64,000 bases of DNA from Bigelowiella natans CCMP2755. Taxonomy: Eukaryota; Protista; Cercozoa. This document shows, piece by piece, positions 37,974 to 50,530 of this stretch (the stretch's first letter is position 1; each line of letters opens with the position of its first letter). A program made the translations under genes and the position numbers. The stretch covers positions 16,280 to 80,279 of the forward strand of contig ADNK01002347.1 of assembly GCA_000320545.1 (NCBI GenBank). The letters run 5' to 3'. The notes beneath the pieces were generated by a model that saw nothing but the letters and a program-made list of their open reading frames with translations, had not been told where the DNA came from and did not search any database.

Positions 37974-38548
37974 TCAGCTTTTCCCCATGTTCAAGATTCT
38001 CTGGCAGCTAAGAGCGCAATTTCCAGGATCCAGGACAGTCAGGACAGGTGTCTTTGGAGGCATTTGCAAAGTGGAGTGTATATTAACCATCATGTCTAGA
38101 TTGTCCTTGAACGGTGGGCACGCAATCGTCACATGGGAGGAATTTGCAGCCACAAACCCGGAAAGGGCATTCGAGAGCCCCGCTATCGTCACATACACCA
38201 GATGATTTGCATCCTGATAGAGCTTCAACACCTTCAAAACCTCGAGGGGCTGAATTGGAAAAATGCTATAAGGTCACCATAGAGGAGTAGAAGTCATCAA
38301 GCGAGCTCCAAAAACAAGCATGAACGACCTGCTTGTGAGCTGATGCGGCATAAGTCTTTGACAAGATCTTCATTTCGTCGAGATGGGCTTTGATTTTGTC
38401 CGCCCACCATTGATCGACCTCGGCATCCATGATAATGACAACCTACACATAGCATCGTTTCAATGACCTCCTTGTTTGCATCACTATTGACACAGGCCAA
38501 CACTGGAACCTGCGGAGAGGGCTTTGCTGCCGAAGCTTCCATGCTCAT
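37974..38548 (-). CDS. purE: Stand-alone class II PurE (AIR carboxylase)-like protein, 142 aa, 3 exons
   Basis: Exons 38548-38510, 38442-38329 and 38249-37974 (phase 0): VVIIMDAEVDQWWADKIK...YAASAHKQPLEVL...VYVTIAGLSNALSGFVAANS...IACPP...STLQMPPKTPVLTVLDPGNCAL. SAHK and AGxSNAL are class II signatures. Confidence 0.9.
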
Positions 38549-39247
38549 CTGGAAACGGTGATGAGTACTACAACAAATAAGTGAGAAATACAACCCGGTT
38601 ATATCCTGCGACATACTCTTTTATATGTCGCAAAATGCAAATCGGAACGGATTCTGCAAGCACCAAACTGCTGCTGATACAACGGCCTGGAAACGGAAGG
38701 GTGATGTACCTGTGGAGAAACCTCCTTGGGAATTTTTGCTTAAGAAGCCTTCAGTGTTAATGAAACCTTCCTAACAGAATGGTTTTATTATTCAGAATGA
38801 TGAGAGTTCCAAATCATCGGAATAAGATCGGTGAAAGGGTGGCGCCCACACCTTGTTACGCAGCCGTCCCAAAACCTCTCTGACTCACTCTTACAAAGCA
38901 AATTGAATCAGTGCGACAGAAATTCTTCGGATGAACTTCAACGGAAGCTCCGCCATACTCATTGGTGGTTCCCAAGGGAACTCTGGATAAATTTAAGGAA
39001 ACTTGTGGTCGAGGGCCGGTGCAAGCACCATTCCTCTATGACCGCATCTCTCGCGTCTAAAAATCTCGAATTGAAAAAGACGCACGTCGGCCGGGGTGTT
39101 CCAGGCCACCATTCACGATTATCATGCTAATTTAGTGTTATTTTTCTTGTCGCACGTCGTAAACCACAAGCATTCGCATAAAATATCTGAATTTTGGGTG
39201 GGAACATCTATCAGACCCACCGTCCAGCCTGTTGTGCACCCTACTCG

Positions 39248-42200
39248 ATGGCTGCGCAACCCTGCGAGGAAGGCCAAACCTGTGAGTTTGAGCCGTCCTC
39301 TAGGGAAGCATGGGTGAGTAAGGCCTGGGTAATCCTCGAATTAGTTCTAGAAAATATGACTGATGGGATTGTCCAGGCCTGTGAGACCGTTTGGCAAGCG
39401 CTTGCCCCCCTCTGTGAGAATCCGATGCAGACGTGGGAGAGAGCCAGGGACGGAATAATCCAGGCGTACGAGGCTGTTTGGCAAACGATCGGCCCCCTCT
39501 ATGAAAGCCCGATGTACACAATGGAAAGGGCGTGGGAGGGAGCGATAAATGGATGCACTCGTGCCGGCAACATGTTATCAGAAACGCTCGGTCCTTATGT
39601 CGTCAATACGACTATGTACACACCTGAACGAATGCAGGAATGGGCTGTGGGCGGGATGACAAAAGCTTATTCTACGTTGCTGAATAATCCGTTCCGTCTT
39701 TTTGACCCTGTAAGCTTTCTGAAACGGCTGTGGGAGAACTCAATCGAATGGGCCTCCCTTGCGCTAAACGTCAAAGGAAGAATGCTCAGCCCCCACCTCC
39801 TCAATGATGATTCATCGCTATCATCCTTGGTGAGCCCTGTGGTGGTTCTGCTTCTCCTTTTCCTTCTCCTCCTACATATATATCGAAATTGGTCGAAGGG
39901 GGGGGGGCATTCTGAGGATTCAAAGGTAGTGCATTGGATGATCATCATGCTGCGTACAGTTATTTCGTAATGTATGCATAGACCACTGTTTCTACCGTTG
40001 CGAAAGGAATAACGAAGGGGCTGTGGACTGAAAGAGAACTATGAAATCATTCCCCCTACCCCCTAGCGCCTGTACGAGTATTTTAGGGGTTGGTTTTAAA
40101 AGAGAGAAGGATGATAAGAATATGTCCACACTGAAAGGTTTCTGAGTTCTTAGTAAAATCTTCTTTCAATTCCCTCCAAAAGGTATCTATCTACTACAAT
40201 GCCAAGGCTAGGCTGATGGCTCGGATAATGGCTCGAGGTGCGTTTCTACTCGTTTTGTTAAATATGAGCATGCTGACAAATACCAAACCTAGCACGTAAA
40301 TGACATCCTTAGATTATATCTTGCAAAAACCTGAATTATCCGTCAGATCGTCGTTCCACGCTTTGTTAACGGGAGAGTACCGCGCATATCCTTCCAGCGC
40401 CGAGGAGAGAATCAAGCAAGGGGAGACAGAGGTGGGCGGGATGTGCATTTGCTTTTGCCGCGGTGCTTCTCGAAATGTTGATGTTGCATACTCTCTCGTA
40501 CTTGCAGTTAAATTTTGTCCCCTAATAGTCCATGGCTCATCCTTCGTTCAAAATGCGCTCTGGCGTGTCTCCAGAGCCATTCGAAAGGTAGTAATAGCAG
40601 CAGTACCACCAGTAATAGCAGGAGGAGTGGTAGTGGTAGTAGTAGTAGTAGTAGTAGTGTCGGTGAGTGTGAATAATTTCTTGGGTCGTTCTGCTGTCGG
40701 TGATTTGCTCTGCATTTGTGCATGTTGTGGGTAGAATCTGACCTTCCACGCACACACGCGCGCACGCGTACGCACATGCATGCACACTCGGAGGACCGCG
40801 TCTATACTCTGTTGTCACAGTAATTTTTATCATCCTCCTTCTCCTCCTCCTCCTCCTCCTCCTCTTTCTTCTTCATCTTCTTTTTCTTCTTTTACTTGCA
40901 GAGAGCGGCAAGAACTGTGGGTGCGTGGTCGCGCAAGGCTAGATCCACGTGGAATCGACCCGCCTCAGCGGCGGAAATATACCAGTAGCGAAATGAAAGG
41001 TGTGCCCGCAAAAGTTACTTTGGAACTCTCCAAACATGATCATACCGTCGTTGGCCTTTGCATTTGCTGATGCTTTCCCTCCATTGTTTGTGTCTTTTGC
41101 GGTCGTACGCTCATTCGTCTCGTTGTTGTTTTTGTTTGTTGTTGAAGAAGAGGAAGAAGAAGAAGGCGCTGTCTATCTTGATTGGGTTAATCCAGAGAAA
41201 GGGTGATGATGATAATGTTAACGATGATGATGATGATGATGATGATGATCGTGATTTCTCATCTTTCAACCTCTGTGTTCTCTCCCCTCTCCCTTCCTCT
41301 GAAAGAATCGAAATCTGCTGGTACTCCTCTTTGTGTGTTAGGAATGGGTTTATCTTAGCAAAATTGATAAGATTCTACCCTATAGAATAATTCCTCTTAC
41401 CTGTCTGTGTGCGTGTTTATCTACTCCTCCTCCTCCTCCTCCTCCTCCTCCTCCTTTTTCTTCTTTTTCTTCTTTTCTTCCCTTTTGTCAGGGAGCTACC
41501 TCCAGAGATCAAAAAGGAAATCAGCACCCCGATTCTCATCATACATGTAGTAAATAATCACTACAAACCCACAAATAATGATATATGCCTTTTCGTTCCT
41601 GTCCGCCCCCCTCCCCCTCTTCCATTCTTATCTTCTTCGTATTACGTAAAGCTGATTTTTGTACCGATTATATCAGGCAACACCTGTCTCGTTGACTCGG
41701 TCTGCTATTGAGCGCCTGGTCAAAATTGCTTCTGCAGGTAGTGGTGGTGGTAGTTCTGCATGATTCTTCTTCATCTTCTTCTTCATCTTCTTCATCTTCT
41801 TCTTCGTCGTTGTCGCTCAATCTTTCTCCCCTACCATCAGGCGTTCATGGCTACCGGTGCTGCATTGTGTATGGGAGGGGAGACCCGCCAGAAATTCCAG
41901 GGAGGGGGCTCAAATCGAAGCGACGATTCTCTCCGAGGTTAGCGCGAGAAATCCTATGTTCCATGCAAAATAATAGTAGAAGCTTCCTCGCTTTCTTATT
42001 CTTCGATCAACCCCCCCCCCCCCCCTTTCCCCCCTCTTCCATCTGCCTTCCGTTTCACTGTCTATTTCTCTCAAGTCGGTATTGTTCCGCAGTTAATTAT
42101 TTACCAAATATATGCACGATAGATCTCGTGTGTAAGTGTGTACCTCGACGCAATATCCCTGATCCCTTTATGATTGCGCTCATTTTAGTGACTCTAGCGA

Positions 42201-43237
42201 CCTGAGAGAAGCGATCCAGGAGGTGTCCAAGCAATATCCGAAGGTGAGATGGCGGTGATGGCGGTGATGCTTTACATTCCTCGCTCTTTTTGTTTTTCTG
42301 CCGTTGTGAGAATCTTCTCACAAAATCCCTCTTCTCCTTCTCCATTTCCTAACAGTCTCCGCTACTTGCTGCGGGAATCGGTTTATCCGGAAACTCTCTC
42401 ATACGGTTACTACTACATCTCAGAAATGAAATTTAACAAAAAAATGAGAAGCAGACAGCTGTGTATATGCATGTTTGCGTGCCTTCTTCTCTGTGCACGG
42501 ACCTGATCGCTCAGCTTATGATGCGTGAAGAATATCCGTGGTTGGGAGGGGGGGGAGAGAAGGAGGAAGAGAAGAAGGATGAGGGAGGAGGAGGACCAAA
42601 GCACCCCAAGCACAATTGCATCGCATACATACGGCATACAAGATAAAGAGCCATGTTTTCGCATGAAAATTCTAAGGAAGAGAGAGTTTGTCGCTCTCTC
42701 CTATCGTCGTCGTAATTAGCGGCCATCACCTCTTTCGCATGATATTCAAAATAACGAATTCCATTGCTTTGTCGTATGTAAAAAGGTATATGGCCGAGGA
42801 GGGAGATCTTTGCCAGCTTCATGCCGCCGCAGTGCTCGGATGCACCTTCGATTTAGAGGCTCTTTGTGCCCAGACAAAGCCAGAAGTCTTCTCTATGAGG
42901 GGGGGGGGGGGGGGATTTATACATCGTCAGTTCCTACGACAGATATCCGCCCTTCTAGAACCCAACAGCATGCCGATGAGCGAGATCAAAGAGAAAATCT
43001 GGGAGAAATGGGTGAAGGAGACCTCCAAGGCCTATGCTTTCCCCACGGTAGGAGCACGTGTATTGCAGCATTTGATGACGATAGTGATGAGGAGGAGATG
43101 GTGATTATGAAGATGATGATGATGATGATTATGATGGTGGGAACTGACGCGTCGAGGAGAGGAAGAAAGAAAGAAGATAGTGACGGCAAATCGCACTCAC
43201 ACACCGCGTCTCTTCGGTTCCCCCCCCCCTCCCCCCC

Positions 43238-43279
<42 letters not shown>

Positions 43280-44204
43280 CAACCTGAAATCTGATACGAA
43301 TATCATAGCATCGAGCATTCCTCCGCAGCTGCGGATGTGGGGATAAGCTGTTAGATGTGAAACGCCCTCTTTTCCTACTTAAATCCCTCAACGATGCTGG
43401 GGGAGGGCTCATCGCTCAGTACCCCTTAGAGGAGGTGCTGAGAAGCGAAAGCATTGTCCTTGCTGTCACACAAGGGGGGGGTGAAAGTCTGTGCTGGTGA
43501 GAATAATCCTTCGCGTTGTTTTCTGTTTCAAAGAAATTTATTTTCCACATTCACGTCTATGCAGTTGCGCTTTTGGTGAGAGAGAGAGGAGGGGGGGAGA
43601 GTATGGGAGAAATAGTGTGCGTGTGCATGTGAAAGATGAGGATGAGCGGAGCAGTAGCAAAGAGCAACCTCCTCCTTCTATTTATGATCGCTTTGTGCTG
43701 CAGGTATGACAACGCCGCTTTTTCCTACAAATCTGCTCGAGAGGGAGGCGCCAACAGAAAAAGGGCTGCTGCAGACAATGTACTAACATAATTATGATCA
43801 CGATGATGATGAGGAGGAGGAGGAGGAGGAGGAGGGTGGTGGTGGTCGACAAATAATTGACGACGGCTGCATCCTCCTCCGTTGCTGCATGTGCCCCCCC
43901 CACTCCTCTTTCCACTTCTTCGGCCCATACAAAGCGAGTGCGGCGAAACAGACAGTTGCGTGTTAATAATGTCAGACCGATAGCTGGGCGGCTCGATTGA
44001 CGTTGGAATTTCTTCATGCTGCGCTGAAGGTGAGTTGGCGGAGCTCTTGAATGATGCTGTGGCGAGAATGCTTCGCGTGTCTTTTGGAGCAAATTGTTGG
44101 GATTTCGTCCGCGACAGAGAGAATCGTCGTCGCTTTCGAGAAATCCTAATAATAATAAATAATGATGATATAATAATAGACGTGTCTCCTTTAAATGTGT
44201 ATCC

Positions 44205-44240
<36 letters not shown>

Positions 44241-44458
44241 AAAATTCATATATATAAATACGAATATTTTCCACCAGGAAGCGCCTCCATGCGAATCCCT
44301 AGAGCGTCTGCACGAGCAGCATTTGTTTCGGATCTTGCAGCAGTACAAGGCGAAAGCTGCTGCTGATGATAAGAGTCTAGGAAAAAAGAGGGAGACTAAG
44401 GGAACAAAGCAGGCTGTGGTGAAAGGAGCAGGAGGTTGATTATTTTTTGGGATTTTAA

Positions 44459-44496
<38 letters not shown>

Positions 44497-45746
44497 TATG
44501 CGTGCGTGTCCTTAAACCTCGAAGATTTTGTTTTTCTAACGGGCAAACCTGCGCCGGGAGATGAGTACACCGCGAAAGGACATCTCAAAAAATATACTGT
44601 CCTTAACGAACGATATGTGTTAATATATCAGGTGGTCATAGGCAGAGGAAGGATCTATCGGCAGCTTTGTCTTCGCAAGTTCCACTAGCACTTTTACAAG
44701 CCTTCTCCAACAGCAGCAGCCTGATGGATGGCAGCAGCAGCAGCAACAACAACAACCCTCTATTCGCAGAGATTCTTCAAATGTTTCAGAAGGCATCGGC
44801 GCGGGATGGGAAAGAACATGAAGGGGGGGTAGGAAGTGGGGGATTAGGAGGATTAGAAGGAGGAGGAGGAGGAGATATGAAAAAAGATTCCAACATCATT
44901 AATGATACGACCCGCCAACAGCGAAGAAAACCACCCGCACAAGACAATGGCCAAACGAGCCCAGCTTCTAAGCAAAGAGGAAGAGGATCAAGCAAGAAGA
45001 CAAAGACTACCATGCGTGCTGTCGGTAGCACCGATGAAGCGACGAGGAAGCAAACGAAAATGGCTCAGCAGCTTGCTAACTCTCGATCTGAAGCTGTGAG
45101 GATGGCGAAGAGGATACGGGAGATGGAGACCAAGCTTAGGCAAAAAGAAAACTCAATCTCCGAAGCGAATACGCGTGCGGACAGGGCGGCGTCGAGAGCG
45201 AAATCGTTAAAACTAGAAACCGAAGCAGCCAAGAAAAAATTCAATAAACTCAACAAACGCTCCGAGGCCCAGCTCTCCGCACTAATGGAGGACAAGGAGC
45301 GTCTGATCCGTGAAAAGGGGGAGGCAGAGCGCTCAAAAGCCGCTGCTGTGAGCAAGATGAAAATGGAAATGGCGAAGAACGACCACTTGGCAGAGGAACT
45401 CGCCGCGGCCAGGACGCACATACAGAATGGAATGAAGGAGAAGAATCGTGAATCACCAGGGTTGGGGGAAGAGGCAGAAAAGCGGATTAACGAAGAAGAA
45501 GTAGAGCAGCAGCATCGTCATCACCATGCTCAAAGTAAAGAGGGAGGAGGGCAGACCGGGGAAAGAAATCAGCAGCGACAAACACGATCTCAAGAACAAA
45601 AAACTTCATCACACGTGAGAACCGTCGAAACAGAGGATTCCACTCCGATGGAGAAGGCTGAGGGCAAGAAGAAGAAGGACAAGCAGCAGGTTACTCGACA
45701 CGGATTCGTCGTTCATACTCGGAAGGCCTCTTCACCAAGTTTATAA
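39248..45746 (+). CDS. ABHD1-3/YheT-like alpha/beta-hydrolase-fold protein lacking the catalytic Ser; N-terminal repeats + TM anchor, C-terminal coiled coil
   Basis: Exons give TM 'VVVLLLLFLLLLHIY', VSIYYN, GAVYLDW, TPILIIH, GYRCCIVYGRG, DLREAIQEVSKQYPKSPLLAAGIGLSGNSLIRYMAEEG...AAAVLGCTFDL, PLFLLKSLND, IVLAVTQGGG, WAARLTLEFL, then the 44667-45746 coiled-coil ORF. Joining the 39248 exon (intron 39926-40182, phase 0) is inferred. One frameshift in a G-run near 43400. Confidence 0.7.
39361..39545 (+). repeat. 87-bp (29-aa) coding tandem duplication
   Basis: DGIVQACETVWQALAPLCENPMQTWERAR / DGIIQAYEAVWQTIGPLYESPMYTMERAW. Confidence 0.85.
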
Positions 45747-46542
45747 TTTCTCCAATCGTACAGTTCCCAATCATCAAATAGGTCAATAATAAACGATCTG
45801 AACACGCGACGACACGCATGTATTTCAACTACGATGCAGGCGCATATGTGCAGATCATGAGGTGACTACTCGCAATCTACCATCTTCCTTATTGTTAACT
45901 GTGTTATGAGTATGTAGCGAGAGCGGCGGTAATGCCCATATCATGCATGTATAAATATAAACGAGCTGCTAGTACTTACCAAAGTATGAGACGGATGTAA
46001 TGGACAAGCTAGCAAGTTAAATTTGTTCAATTGTCATCCTAATGTTTGCTGTGCAAAGATTGTAGAAAGTACACACAGTTGCAGTCGTGGGAGTGTATCT
46101 TTGAAGTCAACAAATGACCCGCTATTGCGAGGCTCCGAGGCACGCGCGCGCGCACACACACACACGCTCGCGAACATGACACGTGCAACTCCACTGCGCT
46201 TCCACACTACACGTACATACTAGCATGGTTCTAGACACTGAAAATCAGCATGCCGTGGCATGCTAGCATGTCCTTAGCGTGCTGGTACGTCATTGGCTTG
46301 TGGGCTGAGAATCTATCATGTGCTAGCTACCAGAAGATAGCCATGGCATGGTGTCGTATGGCGAAAGTGCGTGCTAGTATACGTAATAGTGGTTGTTATG
46401 TGCATCTTAGATGATGCTGTCTATATGTGGCCGCAGCAGATCCGGGCTTGCTAGCTTACTTCATCAGTTTCAAAGCATTCCAAATCGCTGCATGCGAACA
46501 TCTCCACCAAAACCATTACACAATAAGTGACGTGTTGAATCG

Positions 46543-49306
46543 CTAGCTTGCAACAACCGCATAGATCCGAATCGACAGTATGACTGATGCCATGGTACAC
46601 CAATATATTACACCATGATTTTTCCAATTGTCTCTCGCCTCGTCCCTGATGTGTTTGACTGATGTGCGTCGGATCTCGTCATGATCGATTTTTCTATCAT
46701 CTCCTTTCTTGGCTATCACCGCGTTTCCTCTGCGTGGCGGTGGATGTGGACGAAGGGAGATTGCTGCGGACATTTCAGAGTTATTCTGTGAAGAGTTTTT
46801 AACGGTGTTCATGGACAATTGACCACTACTGGTGATGGGCTTTCTTCCTGTAAATGCCAACCCTTTGCTAAGCCGTGCAATCGCCTGTAGTTCTACTTCT
46901 GCATTTACTTCGAGCCGAGTTAGCCGGTCGGTAAGGGAGCGAGTAGCAAAGAAACGAGTAATATATGTCGTCGGAATTAGAACCGAAAATACGTAAAGAG
47001 TATTGATTATAGCATTTCTTTCCAAAGGCAGCAACCGACTACCCCATTGAGAGCAGAAATACTGGACGACCACAACTACGAGGATGAGGGGCGACGCAGC
47101 GGTCTCAGACACGGTGTTCTGCTTTAAAGTCACTACATCAGCTTTGAACAACTTTAACAGTTCGCTTGGCGTCTCTGCGTCGCTGAAGTTATTGTTGAAA
47201 TATTCGTGCAAGAAGCCGGAGTCGCGAACATAATTTGAAGATGAAGTTAAGAAGAGCATTATAGCAAACTCCAAGTTGAGCTTACTGTCTGCATAAAGCG
47301 AACTGACGATGAAGTCCTCCGCAAACTGCCAGCTGAATATCAGGGAATGTAATCTCTCGCGCTTATAAATGTTCTTAAGTACATCAAGATGACATTGTGT
47401 CGCGTAAGCACCAAGGGGGAATACTATTTTTAAGATAAGAAAGAGGCCCACATGCTTGAACTGGATACCTTTGACTAATCTACTTAAAAACGCGTAAAGA
47501 GAGCCGCTGACCCTCGGATTATATGCTGCTAATCCAACATATAAAATGTACCCAATCTCGTCATGCTGCAAGCATGTTCTCATTGAGGGGAGAATTATAA
47601 AATAACTGAATACACTCCACATAACCCAGACAAATTCAAGCAACAAGAATAAACTGCGGCTATGGGCAAATGCTAACATCTGCAATGCTGTGAGAAACAT
47701 CAAAGGGGCATATAATAGGCACAGAACAGGATACTCTCTCACACTCAGTAATTCGAACCAACTAAGATCCTTGTCTCGCTCTTTTAATTTATAGAGCGGG
47801 TAGAAGAACAGTCCTGTCATATTGGACGTCATGTAGAAAAGGGAAACAAAAGACCTCACAAAGAAGTTCTGGCGCAACGCCCTGAGGTCCGTCATGAAAA
47901 TAGTGATTCCCATGAAAAATAGGATACAACACCACGTTCTTATATTCTCCCGATTGACCGTCTGAGGCTCAACGCGTTGTAGATACAGAACGAACAGGGC
48001 AGTCTCAATAATATAAAATACTGCGAAAGGGGCTGCCATATCAGGACCAGTCCCATATTGCGAGTCTTCATGTCGCCTCGCCAAGGTTAGTATAAGCAAG
48101 ATGGTTGCTATAGTAGTAAAGACTATGAGTCCCAGCATGCCATAAAAAATCTTCGCTTTACCAGAGCAGAACAAAGACCGTTTCTTGCTCTTCTCGGATC
48201 CGTCCTTGTAATTCCCCTCCTCATTTGCGCAAGACTTTCTCAGCCCCAAATAATTCTATGGATGAAAGGGATGATGACAAATTTTATGGCCGTAATTGAT
48301 TTTCACATGTATTCACACACAGAAGAGAGTGGGAAGGGAAGACTGGAGAGTATGTAAAATTGTGAAGACATACGTCAAAGGAGGAGATTGGAATACAATG
48401 GCAGCGGATAATATGCGTTACACATTTTCCGTACCGGGTCATTCGGTCTTTTATCTTCCACAAGGGACGGCTCATCTTTTTCATCTTCCACATGCGACAA
48501 GTCTTTTTTGATCTGTTTATGGGTATCTTTCGATTCAGAATCTTCATCAATGTTACTAACAATGGGTGCGCTATGATCGATGTTCCTGTTCCTATCAGCA
48601 AGCCGAGTTGCCCAGCTATCGTCTGCTTTTAGTCCCCCTTCTCCATCAACACCGACGATCTCTGCAGTAAGATCCCCTAATCCCATCTCGATGAGAGCGA
48701 GTTTCGTATCCGTTCCTCTCAAATTTGTATCATACAGGGAGTCGAGGTCCAAGGATAAGGGTCTTCTCTTTCGTCTATTGCTTGAGTTCTCCCAGGGCAA
48801 TTCATTCCCGCCTTTGTCGAGATCAACATGAAAGTTTCGGAGCTTTGCGAGCACAGCAAGGGTGAGAGGTATTCGTGACCTTTGGGTTGGGTAAATATAT
48901 ATACAAATAGTAAGCTAGTAGTTTACTTTCGAAGTGGTACATAGCAATGTTAAGGGCCAGGTTGGTCAATACTGGTGCAAGTAGAAATGTCGATGCCCTG
49001 AAGTCTTATGAACCCGAAGAATAAATCCTGCTTCTTTTAGTAATATGCGATCGTTTGCATCCCACGCAATAGTTCCATTTTCTGACGATTACACGTTAAA
49101 ACGTTCAAAATTTGTGGCGATTTACTTTTAGTCAATTCTCGAAAAAGATGTATCCTAGAACCTAGAATGGATGTCTCTATATCTCTCTCAACCAACATGG
49201 GGTTAAGGGATATTCAATTACCTTCCAAATAATTCAAGACTCTGTACTTTTTCCTTTTTGGAAACGCTTCTACAGCAGCGAGGGCCTTGAAAACTTTAAA
49301 AGACAT
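46543..49306 (-). CDS. Uncharacterised multipass membrane protein (roughly 10-12 TM) with soluble N-terminal region, 4 exons
   Basis: 568-aa hydrophobic ORF 46543-48249 splices in frame to ORF 48375-48854 (…RPNDP|NYLGLR) and to two upstream exons (MSFKVFKALAAVEAF…; ENGTIAWDANDRILL…). No family recognised. Confidence 0.75.
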
Positions 49307-49439
49307 TCTTTCCAATAGATCGAGTTATCTTAATTTATGAAATTTCAATGGGATGAAACTGCCATTCCCCAGTCATCGTCCAAGGCTTCTCTTGGGAGGC
49401 CATCTTCTGTGAGAACCCATTATTGTTTCCGTGTTTTCA

Positions 49440-50530
49440 TCAATAGACGACACAGTTCCCAGATGCATCCAAACGAGCACAGTCGTAAAGCAGTCTATTT
49501 AGCTCAGAATTAGAGCATTTGTCATTGTCGCAGGTCCCAATAGCAGGAAATATCGGTGTCAGCCACAGAGCATAACTGCTCGAAAGTGTTCCGTTTGTTG
49601 TTGGCACTGCGTTTCGTTCATCGTTCACAACAACAATGACAACAACAATGACAACAACAAGAGCAAGAATGAAAACAGTTGAAAGGGGAATTAGTAGTCT
49701 CATTTCACCTGCATTTGCAACAACATTAGTCCTACAAGCCAAGAAATTCATGATGTTTGCTCATGAATTTCTGACTTTCGCAATGTCCGTCATGAGACAA
49801 CATCCACTGTGAAAATCGCTTCGGTGAAAAAACACAGCTGGGAAGTCAAGGATGCGAACTGGCCAACTAACAACATTCATTTCATGCCAAATGGAGCTCA
49901 ATTGAACAACTACACCTAGCGTCCTCATGCATTTGAAGGAGAATTCAAAAGTCCTTGCCATTTTTGAGTTGGTGTGAAGTTTCAGGACCGTTCTTGGACG
50001 TGAGAATGGCGTCAAGTCCTTCCTCGTCAGCCTGTTCCTTCTGTGCCTCTGATTCCACCAAACTAATGTCTTGTTGGGTGCTTCTTCGGATGACCTGTGA
50101 CCCGGCCGCGGACCACAGCGCGCAGACGCGGCCTTCAGGAAATTCTTGCGCAGAGTGGACGTTTTGCACCGCCGCCAATTGCGCTGCTCCACGCACGCAC
50201 GCAGCCAAAGTGCCAAAATGCCAATTTTTCAAATCCTTTCAGTCCTCATCAAGCCTGGTTCGAGTCACTGCGTTTTGCACTTTGCAATGAAGCTCTTGCC
50301 ACACTTTGGAAGTGTGGTTCTGCATCACATTTGTTTGTTTGTTTGCTCAATTGTTTGTTTGTTCAGGCTGGCAGGTGTGATGTGGAAAAAACATGCAGGT
50401 CCATGATGCATGGTGTCGTGAGATTCACATTGTGAAAAACCTCAGGAAAGAATCGGTGTCAATGTTGGGCTCACCACTCAGTGTCTGCACGTGTGTCGCA
50501 TTGAAAACTGATGCACGTGTGTTCAGGTAC
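49440..50530 (-). pseudogene. Degenerate coding-like sequence in a TpA-depleted patch
   Basis: Protein-like fragments (GTLAACVRGAAQLAAVQNVHSAQEFPEGRVCALWSAAG...; FPAVFFHRSDFHSGCCLMTDIAK; YALWLTPIFPAIGTC) broken by stops. The upstream fragments have no Tyr, with Cys/His where Tyr would be plausible. Identity unknown. Confidence 0.4.

Noticed and set aside
40327-40432. Possible WWE domain (EYRAYPSSAEERIKQG)
   Set aside because: Position and neighbouring exons fit the N-terminal segment of the ABHD-like fold better.
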